DNA of 57,387 nt, counting the filler, from Dimargaris cristalligena (Eukaryota): assembly GCA_003614675.1 (NCBI GenBank). It is 4 parts of 4 records of this genome, joined end to end, with 100 filler letters (N's around TTAATTAATTAA, not from the genome) between each part and the next. Parts side by side here need not be neighbours in the genome. Positions count along the whole stretch, not along the records: positions 1 to 14,337 come from ML002953.1; positions 14,438 to 28,729 come from ML002955.1; 2 more parts are not named here. The stretch is one strand, 5' to 3'. The position numbers and the translations under genes were made by a program. Within the stretch, counting starts at the first letter, position 1, and every line of letters starts with the position of its first letter. Shown here one piece after another: positions 10,101 to 20,446 of the stretch. The notes below the pieces were generated by a model. The model ran no database searches. It was not told the DNA's origin and saw only the letters and a list, made by a program, of their open reading frames with translations.

Positions 10101-12309
10101 GACGGAGCTTGCCGCCGAACCCGTCGCCAACTCCTTGACTCGCTCTGCCATTGAAGTCAGGTCCACTCCCATGGTCGACCTGGAAGCAATTGCTGAGCCC
10201 ATCATTGAGAATTTGGATGACCCTAAGCCTGTGGCTGAAGCTGAGCCGTTAAAGCCCGAGGGAATTTCCGATTTATCATCTGCTATTGTCCCTGAGGTCG
10301 AAGCCGAAGCTGAAGTCACTGTGGATGCCCCGACTGATCGGGCCCTCGACGTTAAATCTCTTCCTGAACCCGAACACCAACCGGAACCAGTGGCCGACTC
10401 TTCTGTCGAATTTGAACCCCAAACTCAGCTGCATGAGGCCCCTCTTACTGAAGCCCTTGATGAGACGGTGCTTGAACCCACCATCGAGCCCGTCCCCGTT
10501 GGCGAACCCATGCTGGAGCCTACCGCACCCTCTGTAGCAGAAATTGTGGCTGAACGTTCGGCTGTGTTGGAAGCTGACACCATGGCGAATGATATTCCGG
10601 AAACCCTTCCCGTGCCCGATACTGTGACTTTGTCTGGGCCCGAAGCGGAATTGGAAACCTCCTTTGCCCCCGAGAAATTGCTGACCACGGCCTTTGCATC
10701 CGAGCTCACTCCGGACGCTAATGCAAGCCTGGCCGTGGACGGTACTCGTGACTCCGATACCAGTGCGGTTGATTCTAAGACCGAACCTCAAGTTTTGTCT
10801 TTCCCTGAACTGGCGGCGAGCCAGGTTGAGGAAGAGAAGCTGTCCGAATACAATACTCGTAGTGTCGTGGACAATCCTGTCGGTTCCTCCTCGCCGTCTG
10901 CCCGTACACCTCAGACTTACTTGCTTAAATCTGTTACCTGGACTGACCCCCAAACCAACCAAGAGCACCATTTGCGCATTATTACTCAGAATGAAAATGG
11001 GCCGTGTCCGTTGATTGCTATTTGCAACGTGCTAATCCTACGCCAGGAAATCTCCATTGAGCCAGCTAGCCGATCGACTGTGACCTTCGACCATTTGGTC
11101 CAAATTTTGGCCGATAAGCTGGTCCGCGAGGATTCGCCATTGACTTCTCACCAACAGGTTCGCATCTGGTCCGAAGGACTACTGCTGCCGCGTCGCGCAT
11201 CCACCTCCCAGGGTCCGGGTGATGCCCTTTCCCGGTCGGTCTCCCGCACCAGCCCGGTCATTAAGCCGGTTCCTACTACTGAGGACACTCCTGATCGTCT
11301 TTCGAGCCTTCTTACGCTTCTTCCCCAGTTGGAGCGGGGTCTCGATGTGAACGTGCACTTCCACTCCATCCATTCCTTTGAGTCTACTCCCGAGCTGGCC
11401 CTGTTCGTTCGCTTGGGAGTGCCGCTGGTCCATGGGTGGCTGCCTGACGTACACGGTGAGTTTGACCTGTGGGAATGTCTGGTTGCTCGCCACCCTAGCT
11501 ACAACAAGGCGGTGGAATGCCTGGTGCGTCGCAATGAGCTTCGTGATGGTACTAGCAATCCCTCAGATGGCTCGGCTGAAGATGCTGATATGATCATGCA
11601 GGATGGTACCCTCATTGAGGACTTCCTGTCCAACAACCCGACCCAATTGACCTACCATGGACTGGTCACTCTATCCACCGAACTTCCCGACCATTACCCG
11701 GTTGTCTTCTTCCGCAACAATCACTTTTCTACCCTGTACAAACGCCAGAACGGTGAGCTTTACCTATTGGTCACTGATACCGGCTACGCTGCCAAGAGTG
11801 AAGTGGTCTGGGAGTCTTTGCGGGATATCGATCAGGATGGCTCGTCCTTCTTCAATGCCCGCTTCCAATCGAGTCTGACGGGTGACAGTGGGGACGCCTC
11901 TACCTCCACTCCTCACCAAGCTGGGGAGGTAGGCCCAGTCCCCGATGTTGCTTCTTCTCCCCGCGCATCCCCCTCCAAGACCGCCGACGGTCAGGGCGAG
12001 ACTGCTCAAATTGCCGATGATTATGCTCTAGCTCTGCTTATCCAGGAGCAGGACCGGGTGGACCAAGAGCGAACGCAAGAGACCGAGGCCCGTGCTCCCT
12101 CTACCACTTCGTCTAATCGGGGGTCGGACAGTGCATCCGTCTACCATCCCGCAACCGGACCTTCCGATATGGACACAAGTTTCCAAGCCAGTGCCCCCGC
12201 TGGCCCGGGTTCCATCCCCAGCGACGTACCCGCCACGACTGCCCCGCAATCGGCAGCTCCCCAATCGCCCACTCACAAGGAGAAGAGTGGCCGATGCACC
12301 ATTTTTTAA
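7123..12309 (+). CDS. MINDY1: MINDY-1/2 (FAM63, yeast Miy1-like) deubiquitinase with a ~1260-aa acidic repeat N-terminal extension, MIU motif and CaaX box
   Basis: First ATG at 7123 (the ORF track start at 7009 is TTG). Catalytic motif IITQNENGPCPLIAICNVL (Cys codon 11005), LVHGWL, VFFRNNHFSTLYK (His codon 11722), LLVTDTGY, VVWESL. MIU-like DDYALALLIQEQD. C-terminal CTIF. Confidence 0.93.
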   Translation: MSTPPHHPDGVEIPTSEPVSVTPASKDEPTELAQKMATTPTDEATSLTPLHTADMVSPSASEELDQTVELPVAVADEPVAVVAANLQEPTATPVTTTIPSSDDALPTEATVSLLTDEIQGTTTPVTPVDSVTLLPSEAPVDGALSTKAETEVEDNTLSTHPEDASADSTVLAETTKVEVPLQTAATPTAEITETTEEPAEVVEPSAVAVSSKAEPEESSSIAVGSELPESDSESKIEPEMDRVIEPKVDDTPAEPEVQSIIEPNHAEPEPTEDEAPSSAPLADTTAQSDAEPEAPIPAEAQSDLSVIDPAPTTAAVEVTAEAVSEPEATSEPIIDVEKTPENTETPESTPQVEADATPVEALDQSAEAAVLAEPESDTVLTEATIPEPEVESIAEAPLEASSPIDAEPESPVAQEAEVAPETAPATESTNFPEQNSDDAPKVEPTAESEPEVQAITEPESIAEVEPVPTSAADLEVSQDETPETEAAIDSETAVSPVPESLPTTEPEVEAVSVPEAAAEPETLVEPVEREVAVPEVTTETEQVAETEQEPLVEVEATPEPESVAVQEPEQASDVVATSAPEETAEAEPVPEVESAAAPEPDTVILDESTEAVLEPESIPELEVDESVIPEAAPAEVVESKPIPTEVHPTESIAEPEVDEPVVTEPLSESVPAEVVEYEVTPDEVHQAESIPELEVNEPVITELQFETASTEAVEFELTPVEVDQPIVTEPLVETAPSEVHQSEPVSTEVVEPEVATLEVSEPELVSTEVLVSGSDSTEVIEAESDLAEALEPQSAPVEEIECPAAPSETITFALAPAEMSVSETTSIEVHDPETESSRNIVLDDPEQVADSTPEIESQSVEVPEEVPAVVQSEQPIETVREAEPAAEVVQDEPEVEVKEEVSQAADPELVLNQDPESTPDQEPDAAPIVESVDLSGPAVEATPEADIVDINEVEEPAVQPESAHDQSAEPAVESTVEEAILPEAESPVEAQTETELAAEPVANSLTRSAIEVRSTPMVDLEAIAEPIIENLDDPKPVAEAEPLKPEGISDLSSAIVPEVEAEAEVTVDAPTDRALDVKSLPEPEHQPEPVADSSVEFEPQTQLHEAPLTEALDETVLEPTIEPVPVGEPMLEPTAPSVAEIVAERSAVLEADTMANDIPETLPVPDTVTLSGPEAELETSFAPEKLLTTAFASELTPDANASLAVDGTRDSDTSAVDSKTEPQVLSFPELAASQVEEEKLSEYNTRSVVDNPVGSSSPSARTPQTYLLKSVTWTDPQTNQEHHLRIITQNENGPCPLIAICNVLILRQEISIEPASRSTVTFDHLVQILADKLVREDSPLTSHQQVRIWSEGLLLPRRASTSQGPGDALSRSVSRTSPVIKPVPTTEDTPDRLSSLLTLLPQLERGLDVNVHFHSIHSFESTPELALFVRLGVPLVHGWLPDVHGEFDLWECLVARHPSYNKAVECLVRRNELRDGTSNPSDGSAEDADMIMQDGTLIEDFLSNNPTQLTYHGLVTLSTELPDHYPVVFFRNNHFSTLYKRQNGELYLLVTDTGYAAKSEVVWESLRDIDQDGSSFFNARFQSSLTGDSGDASTSTPHQAGEVGPVPDVASSPRASPSKTADGQGETAQIADDYALALLIQEQDRVDQERTQETEARAPSTTSSNRGSDSASVYHPATGPSDMDTSFQASAPAGPGSIPSDVPATTAPQSAAPQSPTHKEKSGRCTIF

Positions 12310-13363
12310 TTACATCGATAGCGGAATACATTTTATCTCCCAATCATTCTTTGCGTAGTCCATTTAGCTATTAGCTTCCCTGGCAGGCTTCCTTTGCTTC
12401 CATCAATGATATATATATACATCCAATCACATATATACACACCTATTACATTTTTATATTATTAGCTGTTTTTTGCGACATAGTCAATTCATATGCGCCC
12501 ACATTATTGTCTGGCCAGGTTATTAGTCACTGCCCTTTTCTCCAACCCATTAATTTGCTATATTTTTTTTTACTCAGTGTATTCCCTCATTTGTCTAAAA
12601 AAACAGCTTGTGGATTGCTATGTGGAGGGCTTGCTGCCACTTTCCTACGCCTCGCCATTCCTTTATACTTAGCCGTGCTATTCTCACAAAAATCTACTAA
12701 ACATATTTGCCAAATAAACCAAAATATCCCCCCTTTTAGCAGTATTATAATTATGTAATTATAAGCAGGGATGGGAAAGTTGTGGTGGCACAATTCTTCG
12801 GAATATTGAATGATAGTCGTCGTTAATCCCCAACAATTGCAGTCTGCCACTCGCAGTGTGGGCGGGTTTAAACAAACATACCATTTGGACGGTAATGGAT
12901 ATTTTTTATATAAAAAAATATCATTAAGCAAGAGTTAATTAAATTATCTAAAACGGTACGACTGTATTACTATTTGTTGCTTAAATTAGGGTGAATATTA
13001 ATAATAACCCGGCCACAGTAATGATAGTAGGAGGTGATGAACAGAAAAAAAGTCAAAGTGGGCGATATATTTAGCTAGAATATATATAAATCAAGGGGAA
13101 TAACATGTTCCTCAGAGCTTTATTAGAAAGCTGTTTATAGACGTAGGAGTGTAGTAGTAATATGAGGGAGGATTGTCAAAAAAGAATGGCCGGTGGTGTG
13201 CGTTATGCCAATCGGGAAATATACACCCTCTTCCAATAGGAATGGTTTCGGGTACGATATATTAAACATAAATAGATTAAACTCTAGATGAAATGGGCAG
13301 CGTCGGCTGAGTAGCCGTATTGAACGGGGCAGGAGGTGGGCATTCAGTTCAAGACGTGTGCTA

Positions 13364-13555
13364 TTAACAGGCGGACCACCACGACATTTTCCAGCATGCG
13401 GCCCCAGCCATACCGGCACCGTTGCTTTCAACCTCCGGTCCACCGCTTATTTGCCGCTTGGGTAGGCCAAGCGCATAATCCGGGGCAGGGTGGGCCAGGG
13501 TAGCCATGAAGGCAGTGGCGAGGACGACCATGGCTACAAGGCGGAGACCGATCAT
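13364..13555 (-). CDS. 63-aa secreted prepropeptide (signal peptide, KR dibasic site, 29-aa two-Cys mature peptide)
   Basis: ATG at 13555 in GTCACCATG context. MIGLRLVAMVVLATAFMATLA-HPAPDYALGLPKR-QISGGPEVESNGAGMAGAACWKMSWWSAC*. Upstream TATA box; AT-rich sequence downstream of the stop. Confidence 0.7.
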   Translation of the reverse strand: MIGLRLVAMVVLATAFMATLAHPAPDYALGLPKRQISGGPEVESNGAGMAGAACWKMSWWSAC

Positions 13556-13774
13556 GGTGACGGGGATTGGTTTAGGGCGGAGTAATTTGTAGTTGGGCTT
13601 GGAGGTGGAGGTGGGTAAGGAAGAGCGAGGACTTGGGGTGTTAGGAAACTGGCTTAATGGTTCGGGATCTAGCGGCTTGGGAATTAAAGTGGTAGTAGTA
13701 GGGTGTTTATAGGTAAACAGAAGGTGGGTTTCGGACATTAAAGTTTAACCGAGTGGGAGTGCCACCTTGCCCGA

Positions 13775-13782
13775 CTTTTATA
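13775..13782 (-). promoter_or_regulatory. TATA box (TATAAAAG) upstream of the small secreted peptide gene
   Basis: Plus-strand CTTTTATA reads TATAAAAG on the minus strand, about 220 nt upstream of the ATG at 13555. Confidence 0.5.
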
Positions 13783-14337
13783 CCAGCCCCTGTATAATAC
13801 ATGCGTACATTGTTAGTCGGGGTTATATTCGACCCGTGAGTGTAGAAGGATACTAGCTGAGACCGTACCCTCTAGAAGCTATCGTATAGTTTGCTTCCGG
13901 ACTGGCCATGCTCTTCCAACCTGCCGTTTCCATTATGGCCATGGGGTCAGAAACCTCCCACCATCGCCTGACTATTGGGTCCATCATTTGGAAGCTATAT
14001 GGAAAATCGACTTCCCATACTTACTGTTGCGTCCGTGTAGAAGCTATTCCATAAGCCACTTCTCCTTATTGGGTGGTCTTATAATTGGAAACTCTGCTCA
14101 ATTGCTGTACGATTTAGTAAATAGCTGTTACAGAACACCAAACAATCACCAACCCAGTCAACCGAATTTCCTACAAGTAATATCCTGAGAGCGGAAAATG
14201 GGCTGGGAATTGGAAGTGACTGGCGTATCCAGCGCCCAGGTATTCTTTTAAAAACATACTCTGTCTAGGTTCGTTTCACTTTCACATTTATCGAACAGTC
14301 CAGCTCCTCAGTAAAGATGCCCGTAGTTCGGAAGCCA

Positions 14338-14437
14338 NNNNNNNNNNNNNNNNNNNNNNNNNNNNNNNNNNNNNNNNNNNNTTAATTAATTAANNNNNNN
14401 NNNNNNNNNNNNNNNNNNNNNNNNNNNNNNNNNNNNN
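14338..14437. other. Artificial contig-joining linker (44 N + TTAATTAATTAA + 44 N)
   Basis: Identical 100-nt structure at three places; the 12-mer gives stop codons in all six frames. Confidence 0.97.
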
Positions 14438-14569
14438 CTGCCACCTCTTGGAACAGCAAGTCTATCATCACCTTTCCCTTTTTATCACCTATCTTTTTGA
14501 ATAAAGTTCAGTTTTCAAGGATTTGAGTTCAGTTCTTTATAAAGATAAGGGTCTTCAAATTATATCATT

Positions 14570-14900
14570 AGTATTACCAAAACAATGGTGAAAAAAGGGA
14601 ACTTTGAACTAATAATTAAATAGATAAAATGATTATACCTGTTGGTATAATAAAAACAACAGCATTAAAAAGATACTCAAACTAATAATTGGCTAGGGCT
14701 AAAGTTATACCCATTGGTATAGTAAAAACAAAGGTATAAAAGGTATAAAAGGCATAAACAAACTTATAATAGGTTAAAGAAATAGCTGATATTCATTGAT
14801 ATAGTACAGCAAGAGTATAAATGTAATACTCAGAATAATAATCTAATCAAAAATAAATATATAATTGTTGTATAATAATAACAATTTATAAAAGGGAAAA
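14570..14900. repeat. Degenerate AT-rich tandem repeat, ~72-bp period, 4-5 copies
   Basis: TTATACCTGTTGGTATAATAAAAACAA at 14633 recurs as TTATACCCATTGGTATAGTAAAAACAA at 14705, with weaker copies near 14788 and 14858. Confidence 0.55.
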
Positions 14901-15039
14901 CTTAGGCTAGCAGCATCAATTCTTAGTTTAATCACCTTAATATAGACAGTAGTTTCAATTAAAGAGGTAAAATAAATAGGATAATGCCAATTACTAACTA
15001 TGGCCATTTGGCTATATCACAATAAAAAACTAATATAAC

Positions 15040-16060
15040 AATACCAAAAAATCACTAATGGTAATATGCTCTTCCCCATAAGCACTATGACCAAGGGACA
15101 TGTGGGAATTATCATAGCTAATCATTACCTATTTACTATATTAGTTGGCCAGATTACAATGCTAAACAATTCAACTGCATTACATATTGACCTCAGAATT
15201 TATTAGGTGTAGTATAATATAACCTGCACTATTACAACTTGGCCCCTTACTTTAGCCAGCACCCAGTGTCATGGGGATCCCTACTACTTATTCATGGTCA
15301 ACACTCAGGGGCTCTATTCCACTAATTTCCACTGTCAACCTAAAAGTCTTCCAATTACCCCCCCCCCTCATGTCTTACAATGCCTGGTAGTTATATTCAT
15401 AGACGACCCCATAATTTTATTTGCCATATATGATACCCATATGGGCTATGTTTCTATTATATTGTAACTTGTATTTATCATTTATGTAGATACCAATTTA
15501 TCTACTCGCCCCTCTGTAGCACCCTGTGACAATGTACACACATATCTATATTTGCTATTTCCCAGTTACTACTAATAAATACTGGTCGATGGCTATTCCT
15601 AGGCTAGTATGTTTCCTTTCAAGTTGTCCCAGCGCATTAGTTTAGTACTAGCCAGTTGGACACAATCACTGTCCTAGGGGGGGTGGGATATGGAAAGGAA
15701 GTATTCCATATATATTTCCTGGTTGCAAAACCGCTCTAGATAAATAATATCCACAGATGGTGATAAAGAAATAAAAAGAAAATAATAGTAATCGACAATG
15801 TTGAAGCAATCTATCACCAAATAGTATTGAATGTGAAAGGTGACCAATCCTAGGCATGGAATGATTAATGGAACCCAATGACGTATATAATGTAGCCAAC
15901 TGGTATGGGAGTCGATAACTCACAATGGGCGTATTTCACACAGGTTTTGGAATTCCAGAATCTCGACTCACAAAATGAATGTAATTATATTAATTTCAGG
16001 CAACTCGACGACTATATCTGGATAGGAATACCATATTCGGTATAGTAGTTTGTAGGGGAG
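15040..16060 (+). mobile_element. Heavily decayed Ty3/gypsy (chromovirus-like) LTR retrotransposon pol relic
   Basis: Manual translation gives collinear motifs broken by stops and frameshifts: RT-like IIIANHYLF...HIDLRIY (~15110-15205), VVIFIDDPIILFAIYDTHMGYV (YxDD-like, DD at 15402), integrase GPF-like FPFKLSQRISLV (15612), VFH (15701) and chromodomain-like VEAI (15800). CpG-poor. Confidence 0.55.
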
Positions 16061-17384
16061 TCCTCAGTCCCTGACACTGCTATAAATGCTAACGCTAAAG
16101 TAACAGTGTTATGTTTGTAGAATATGTTATTTGTTTGGGTTGGTAAATGTAGAGTGATATTAGCCAAGCTGAAATGGCATGGGTTTCCCAAACTGAGTTT
16201 TCAATTCTACACTCCTCCCCTACGTATACACGTACACCAATCCCCCGGTTTCACCTTTTTTCGACATCCAATGTACCTATTCTGAATGGCTCGCATCTGT
16301 GAAAGTAAAGTGCACGCACCGCGTGAGGGGGTTTGTGTTTTGGATTACAGACAATGGTATACAAGTGGGTGTAGAGTGCAGGTGTCTAAATAGTTTGTTA
16401 TCATTGCCCCTATATTATCTCCATTTATCATCATTATATATAACATTCTAGCTGGGGTGTTAACGCGTGGTAATAGTACTTTTGAAGGTTACAGGGCATG
16501 CTAGTTAACGAAAAAGCCCGATAGAGTCTGGTGATCGTCCAACAAGAAAAACTGAACTCTAGATTATAATCGCGTACGGTCTGTGTAAGTAAGCAGAATG
16601 AATTGGTTCTATTGATGGAATACGTTTGGTACCCCATGAAAACCGGGGAAATATACTAGCCAAAAGTTGATAGCTCCTGATAAATTACGACAAAGCCTTG
16701 GAATACCCCAGGCCAAGTTGGTCAATTTATCACCCCTTTTATTGTTTTTGGGTTACGGGTTATAGCTAAACTTATTCTCAAAAACTGCGGGCAATGATGC
16801 ATCGATGGTTGACCAATGTAATTATGTTGTTGATTGTATCCATGCTTATTGTAACGCGATACACCTTAGACTCGGTTGGAATGGTTGACCCCGAGCATTG
16901 TCTTGCCCCAACTAATAGTTCAAAAAGATGCCTTCTATTTCACACGAAGCTAAGCAGAATTTTGATTGTATTATTCCTCCATATCCCAAACCACTAATAG
17001 GCAATAAGCAAATTTATTTAAATTTGCTATATTAAATTGATAAATTATACATATATAAACATCACAGGCCTGCATACGACTGATGGTTCGAAATGGCATA
17101 AAACGGTATCATTATATCCCTGGTCATTAATAATAGGTGTGATTAAGCAGGCTGATCTTAAATTGCTTGGCTCGCCGGTTATATTGCTGGCTCGCGGAAT
17201 TATATAAATTAGGTTGGATGCCGCCCTTACAGCTACCATTCAATAAGTTCCCCGTATTCAACCTTGCCGCCCACAACACACTTTATTTAACTTTTACCGA
17301 ACCCCTTAGCAACTCCTCTACAACGGTCTATATTCCACCCCACACCCCGACCTCTAGTCGGTTCTCAGAGACTCCGAATCAATC

Positions 17385-17778
17385 ATGCTGGTCGAGGGCT
17401 TCACTGGTTTGATAGTCGATTTGGAAGTTGGGCGTAAGTAGATTCCAGCACAATAGGTTTATCTAGGGCACCCTGTCCTTGTTCGGATTGTCTGAGGTTC
17501 GACGTTCCTTATTCAATCTACTGGTCGTGGACTGCACTGTCACACCTCTAGGGTGGATTGTTTTTACATTACATTCATAGCCCAGCCTTTGGTCATATGT
17601 AACTGCATTTGCCTTCCATGCAGAGAGTATCATATACGCCGAACGCCTAACCTATATGGAAAAACACTTGGGCAAGGTCATTGAAATCGACGAAAAAAAT
17701 AATACGCTGACTATCATGGACTTTCATCATAATGATAGGATCTATGCGCCTGCTGATATTCTGGCTCGCCTCTGCTAA
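17385..17778 (+). CDS. Small two-exon hypothetical protein (67 aa), join(17385..17433,17624..17778); possible Tudor/SH3-like beta-barrel
   Basis: TATATAAA at 17201, ATG in AATCATG context, GTAAGT donor at 17434, GTAAC branch near 17599, CAG acceptor at 17623. Splice phases match and give MLVEGFTGLIVDLEVGQSIIYAERLTYMEKHLGKVIEIDEKNNTLTIMDFHHNDRIYAPADILARLC*. Confidence 0.6.
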
Positions 17779-18851
17779 CTGGGCCAACCCGAACCGAAAT
17801 TGACACTCGGTCGATTAGTCTCTTGTGGTCATTAATTGACCCAATTCCCCTACTGGGTATACCATATACTATCCCCCTTCCCCTTCCTCCGTTAAGCACA
17901 GGCTTCTCGGTCTCAATATGGGGAAGGTTCAAACTGGCTGTATAACAAAAAATACATTAGATAAAATTCATATTACTGGTTAAAAACCAATACCCCATCT
18001 ATTCTCTCGTACACATCATTCAAAACCTTATGCAGCTGGTCTGAATTCCGCCCATAGGATGCCAATAAATAACGGGGTTGCACTTCTTAATATTATATAT
18101 ATGAGTGCCATTAGTACCTTTTTATGAGGTCTATTCCAGCGAAAATTCAGTTGTCAATACGACTTTTTTTTGGAATGCCAAAGGTTTTAGGAAATAGTTA
18201 TCTACATACTACATGCCAAGGGAGAATATTCCGTTAATGAGCCAACCGACAGTCAGGTTACTTGATTGTATTTGAAAATCAGAAGTAGATTGGCCGGCAA
18301 CCCGAAGACTGCCAGACCAGTGTAAAGATGACTTAACGGCGATTTATTCATTGGCTATGGCAGTGGGCTCGTACTTATCCGATGACATAGGTATAGGGCT
18401 GACACTTTGCTCTTGCTGCCAATTGCGGGTTACTTAGGGTGCTATCCAATTTCTTTTGAATGGTTGCGAAATATAACCATGAGGATGGCATTGCCCATTG
18501 CTTCCAGCAGCGTCATTAAATGTAAAGAAATATAAATACCACCACCACCACTAGGCTTTCAGCGTTCTAATCATAGGCCGTTCAACTGGATCAGCACTTG
18601 GTTTCCTGCGGCACACAAATCTCAAGGCCAATCATTTCCCTTACTGTGGCTCTCAGTGCTTAAAAATTGGAAAGCGGACAGCTTTTTCGTGAAAGCAGGG
18701 GGAGGGGGGAACCCCTATTATTGCCCGGTCACTTGCGTGCTCTACTACTACCCTCTTGCCCTCGATTTCCAATGGCACCAAATGCTTCTTTTCACTCCAC
18801 CAGCCTATTTTCTCTTCCGTCCGCTCTATATTTGACTCGCATCTGTCAACC

Positions 18852-20071
18852 ATGGCCGTCAGCATTGATAGCTTCATCCGGTTTGGTTCCATCGCTGGTC
18901 TGCATTACTCCACCAGCGCAGTGCTTGCTACGCTTTTTCTTTATCTAGGCCACCCTCTATTGAGCTTCTACCCGGTGCTCTGTTATCTGGCAACTTTGGT
19001 ACTAGCTTACTGGGCGGTACTCCAACGCCGCCACCAGCGGCGCTGCCAGGCATTCGATTGGTCGGAGGAAATCATCCTGGTGACCGGCGGGGCAGGAGGC
19101 ATTGGTCAGCTCCTGGTAGATACTCTCGCCATTCAAAATGCCACGGTAGTCAGTCTGGACATTGTTGAACCTGACTGCGGACTGTGTAAGTACCCCTTTC
19201 AGTATCCTACTCCTGAAGAGCGGGCCTTCAATTCGGCCAGCATTAGCTTGGCGTGGCTCATTCTAGGTCGATGGACTGGTTGACACAGGTAAAAACATTC
19301 AATAGACCTTGGAGGGGAAAAAACGGGCTATCCCATCAGTCTGCCCTATTCTAACCGTGCCACACTATTTACCACCACCTTGTCCCTCCTGTCTTTGTAA
19401 ATGCAGGGGGCAACGTTCACTTTTATCAGTGCGATTTGAATGACCCTCAGCAAATCGACACTACTTATCAGCAACTGGTTGAAGAGGTGGGTCACCCCAC
19501 AATCATTATTAACAATGCCGGAGTTGTGCACCCCAAGACCGTGTTGGAGCAATCGACCGCCAATGTAGCCAAAATCCTACAGATCAATACACTCGCACCC
19601 ATTCAATTAGTCCGATTAGCGCTTCCCGCCCTCCTGGAGGCCCGGCGCGGCCATATTGTGAACGTCTCATCCGTTCTGGGCTACGTCTCGCCCTGTCGAG
19701 TAAGTGCGTACGCCGCTAGTAAGGCCGCCCTGGCTGCTTACACCGACTCCCTCCGCCAAGAATTACGCCACAAGTTGGACGGAGGTCAGGATATCCACGT
19801 TACGTTGGTCGCCCCGGGGTTGGTTTCGACTAAATTATTTGCGGGTGTGGAGCTCGATCCGTTCCTTAGTCCAGCCGTCGAGACTCTGGATGTTGTACAG
19901 GCTATTGTCAAAGCCATCGCGTCCGAATCGGACCACCAGATTAAACTGCCTTTCTACGCCGTGGTGGCCCCTTTCATGGTGGGATTTCCCCTCTGTTTGA
20001 AGCGTGTCATGCATTTTGTTGCTGGGTCGAACCATGCATTGGACCCCAAAGATACCAAAAAAACAATCTAG
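18852..20071 (+). CDS. Short-chain dehydrogenase/reductase with N-terminal membrane anchor (retinol dehydrogenase/17-beta-HSD11/Tda5-like), join(18852..19185,19407..20071)
   Basis: ILVTGGAGGIG Rossmann motif, YQCD, IINNAG, GHIVNVSS and catalytic YAASK. Intron 19186..19406 has GTAAGT, CTAAC and CAG and joins the two ORFs in frame. Confidence 0.92.
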
Positions 20072-20446
20072 CAATCCCCCCCTCACGCTCGGTTATAGTT
20101 GGTATAGTATTATTATTATTATTATTATTATTTTAAAAAAAACGAGTGTGAAGCATAGTATATTTATTTATTTTGGTTGAGGCTCGTGAGTGGCCCAGAG
20201 TTATATGTAAATAATTAAATTGATTATCCTACTGAAAAATTATACTGTTTAGAATTATGGGTAGAATAGTTCTATACGACCGTCTACCGACCAACTCTGT
20301 AGGCGATTTACCCAATAATCCACCAAGCTATTAATTATAGTAGTTCGTAACCCATGGGGATATTAGTACAGGCCGTATTGGACCAAAGTGAAGAGGGGGA
20401 AGGGGCTGGATGGGCTTACTCGGCCCTTGGTTTGTTAGGGCAAAGG

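Noticed and set aside
438-10971. Many long antisense or alternate-frame ORFs (e.g. 438..1763 -, 10276..10971 -)
   Set aside because: Shadows of the biased GAN/GCN/GTN codon usage of the two acidic genes; low-complexity Ser/Thr/Ala products with no independent signals.
14382-14393. TTAATTAATTAA palindrome repeated three times in the window
   Set aside because: Synthetic six-frame stop linker flanked by Ns, not genomic sequence.
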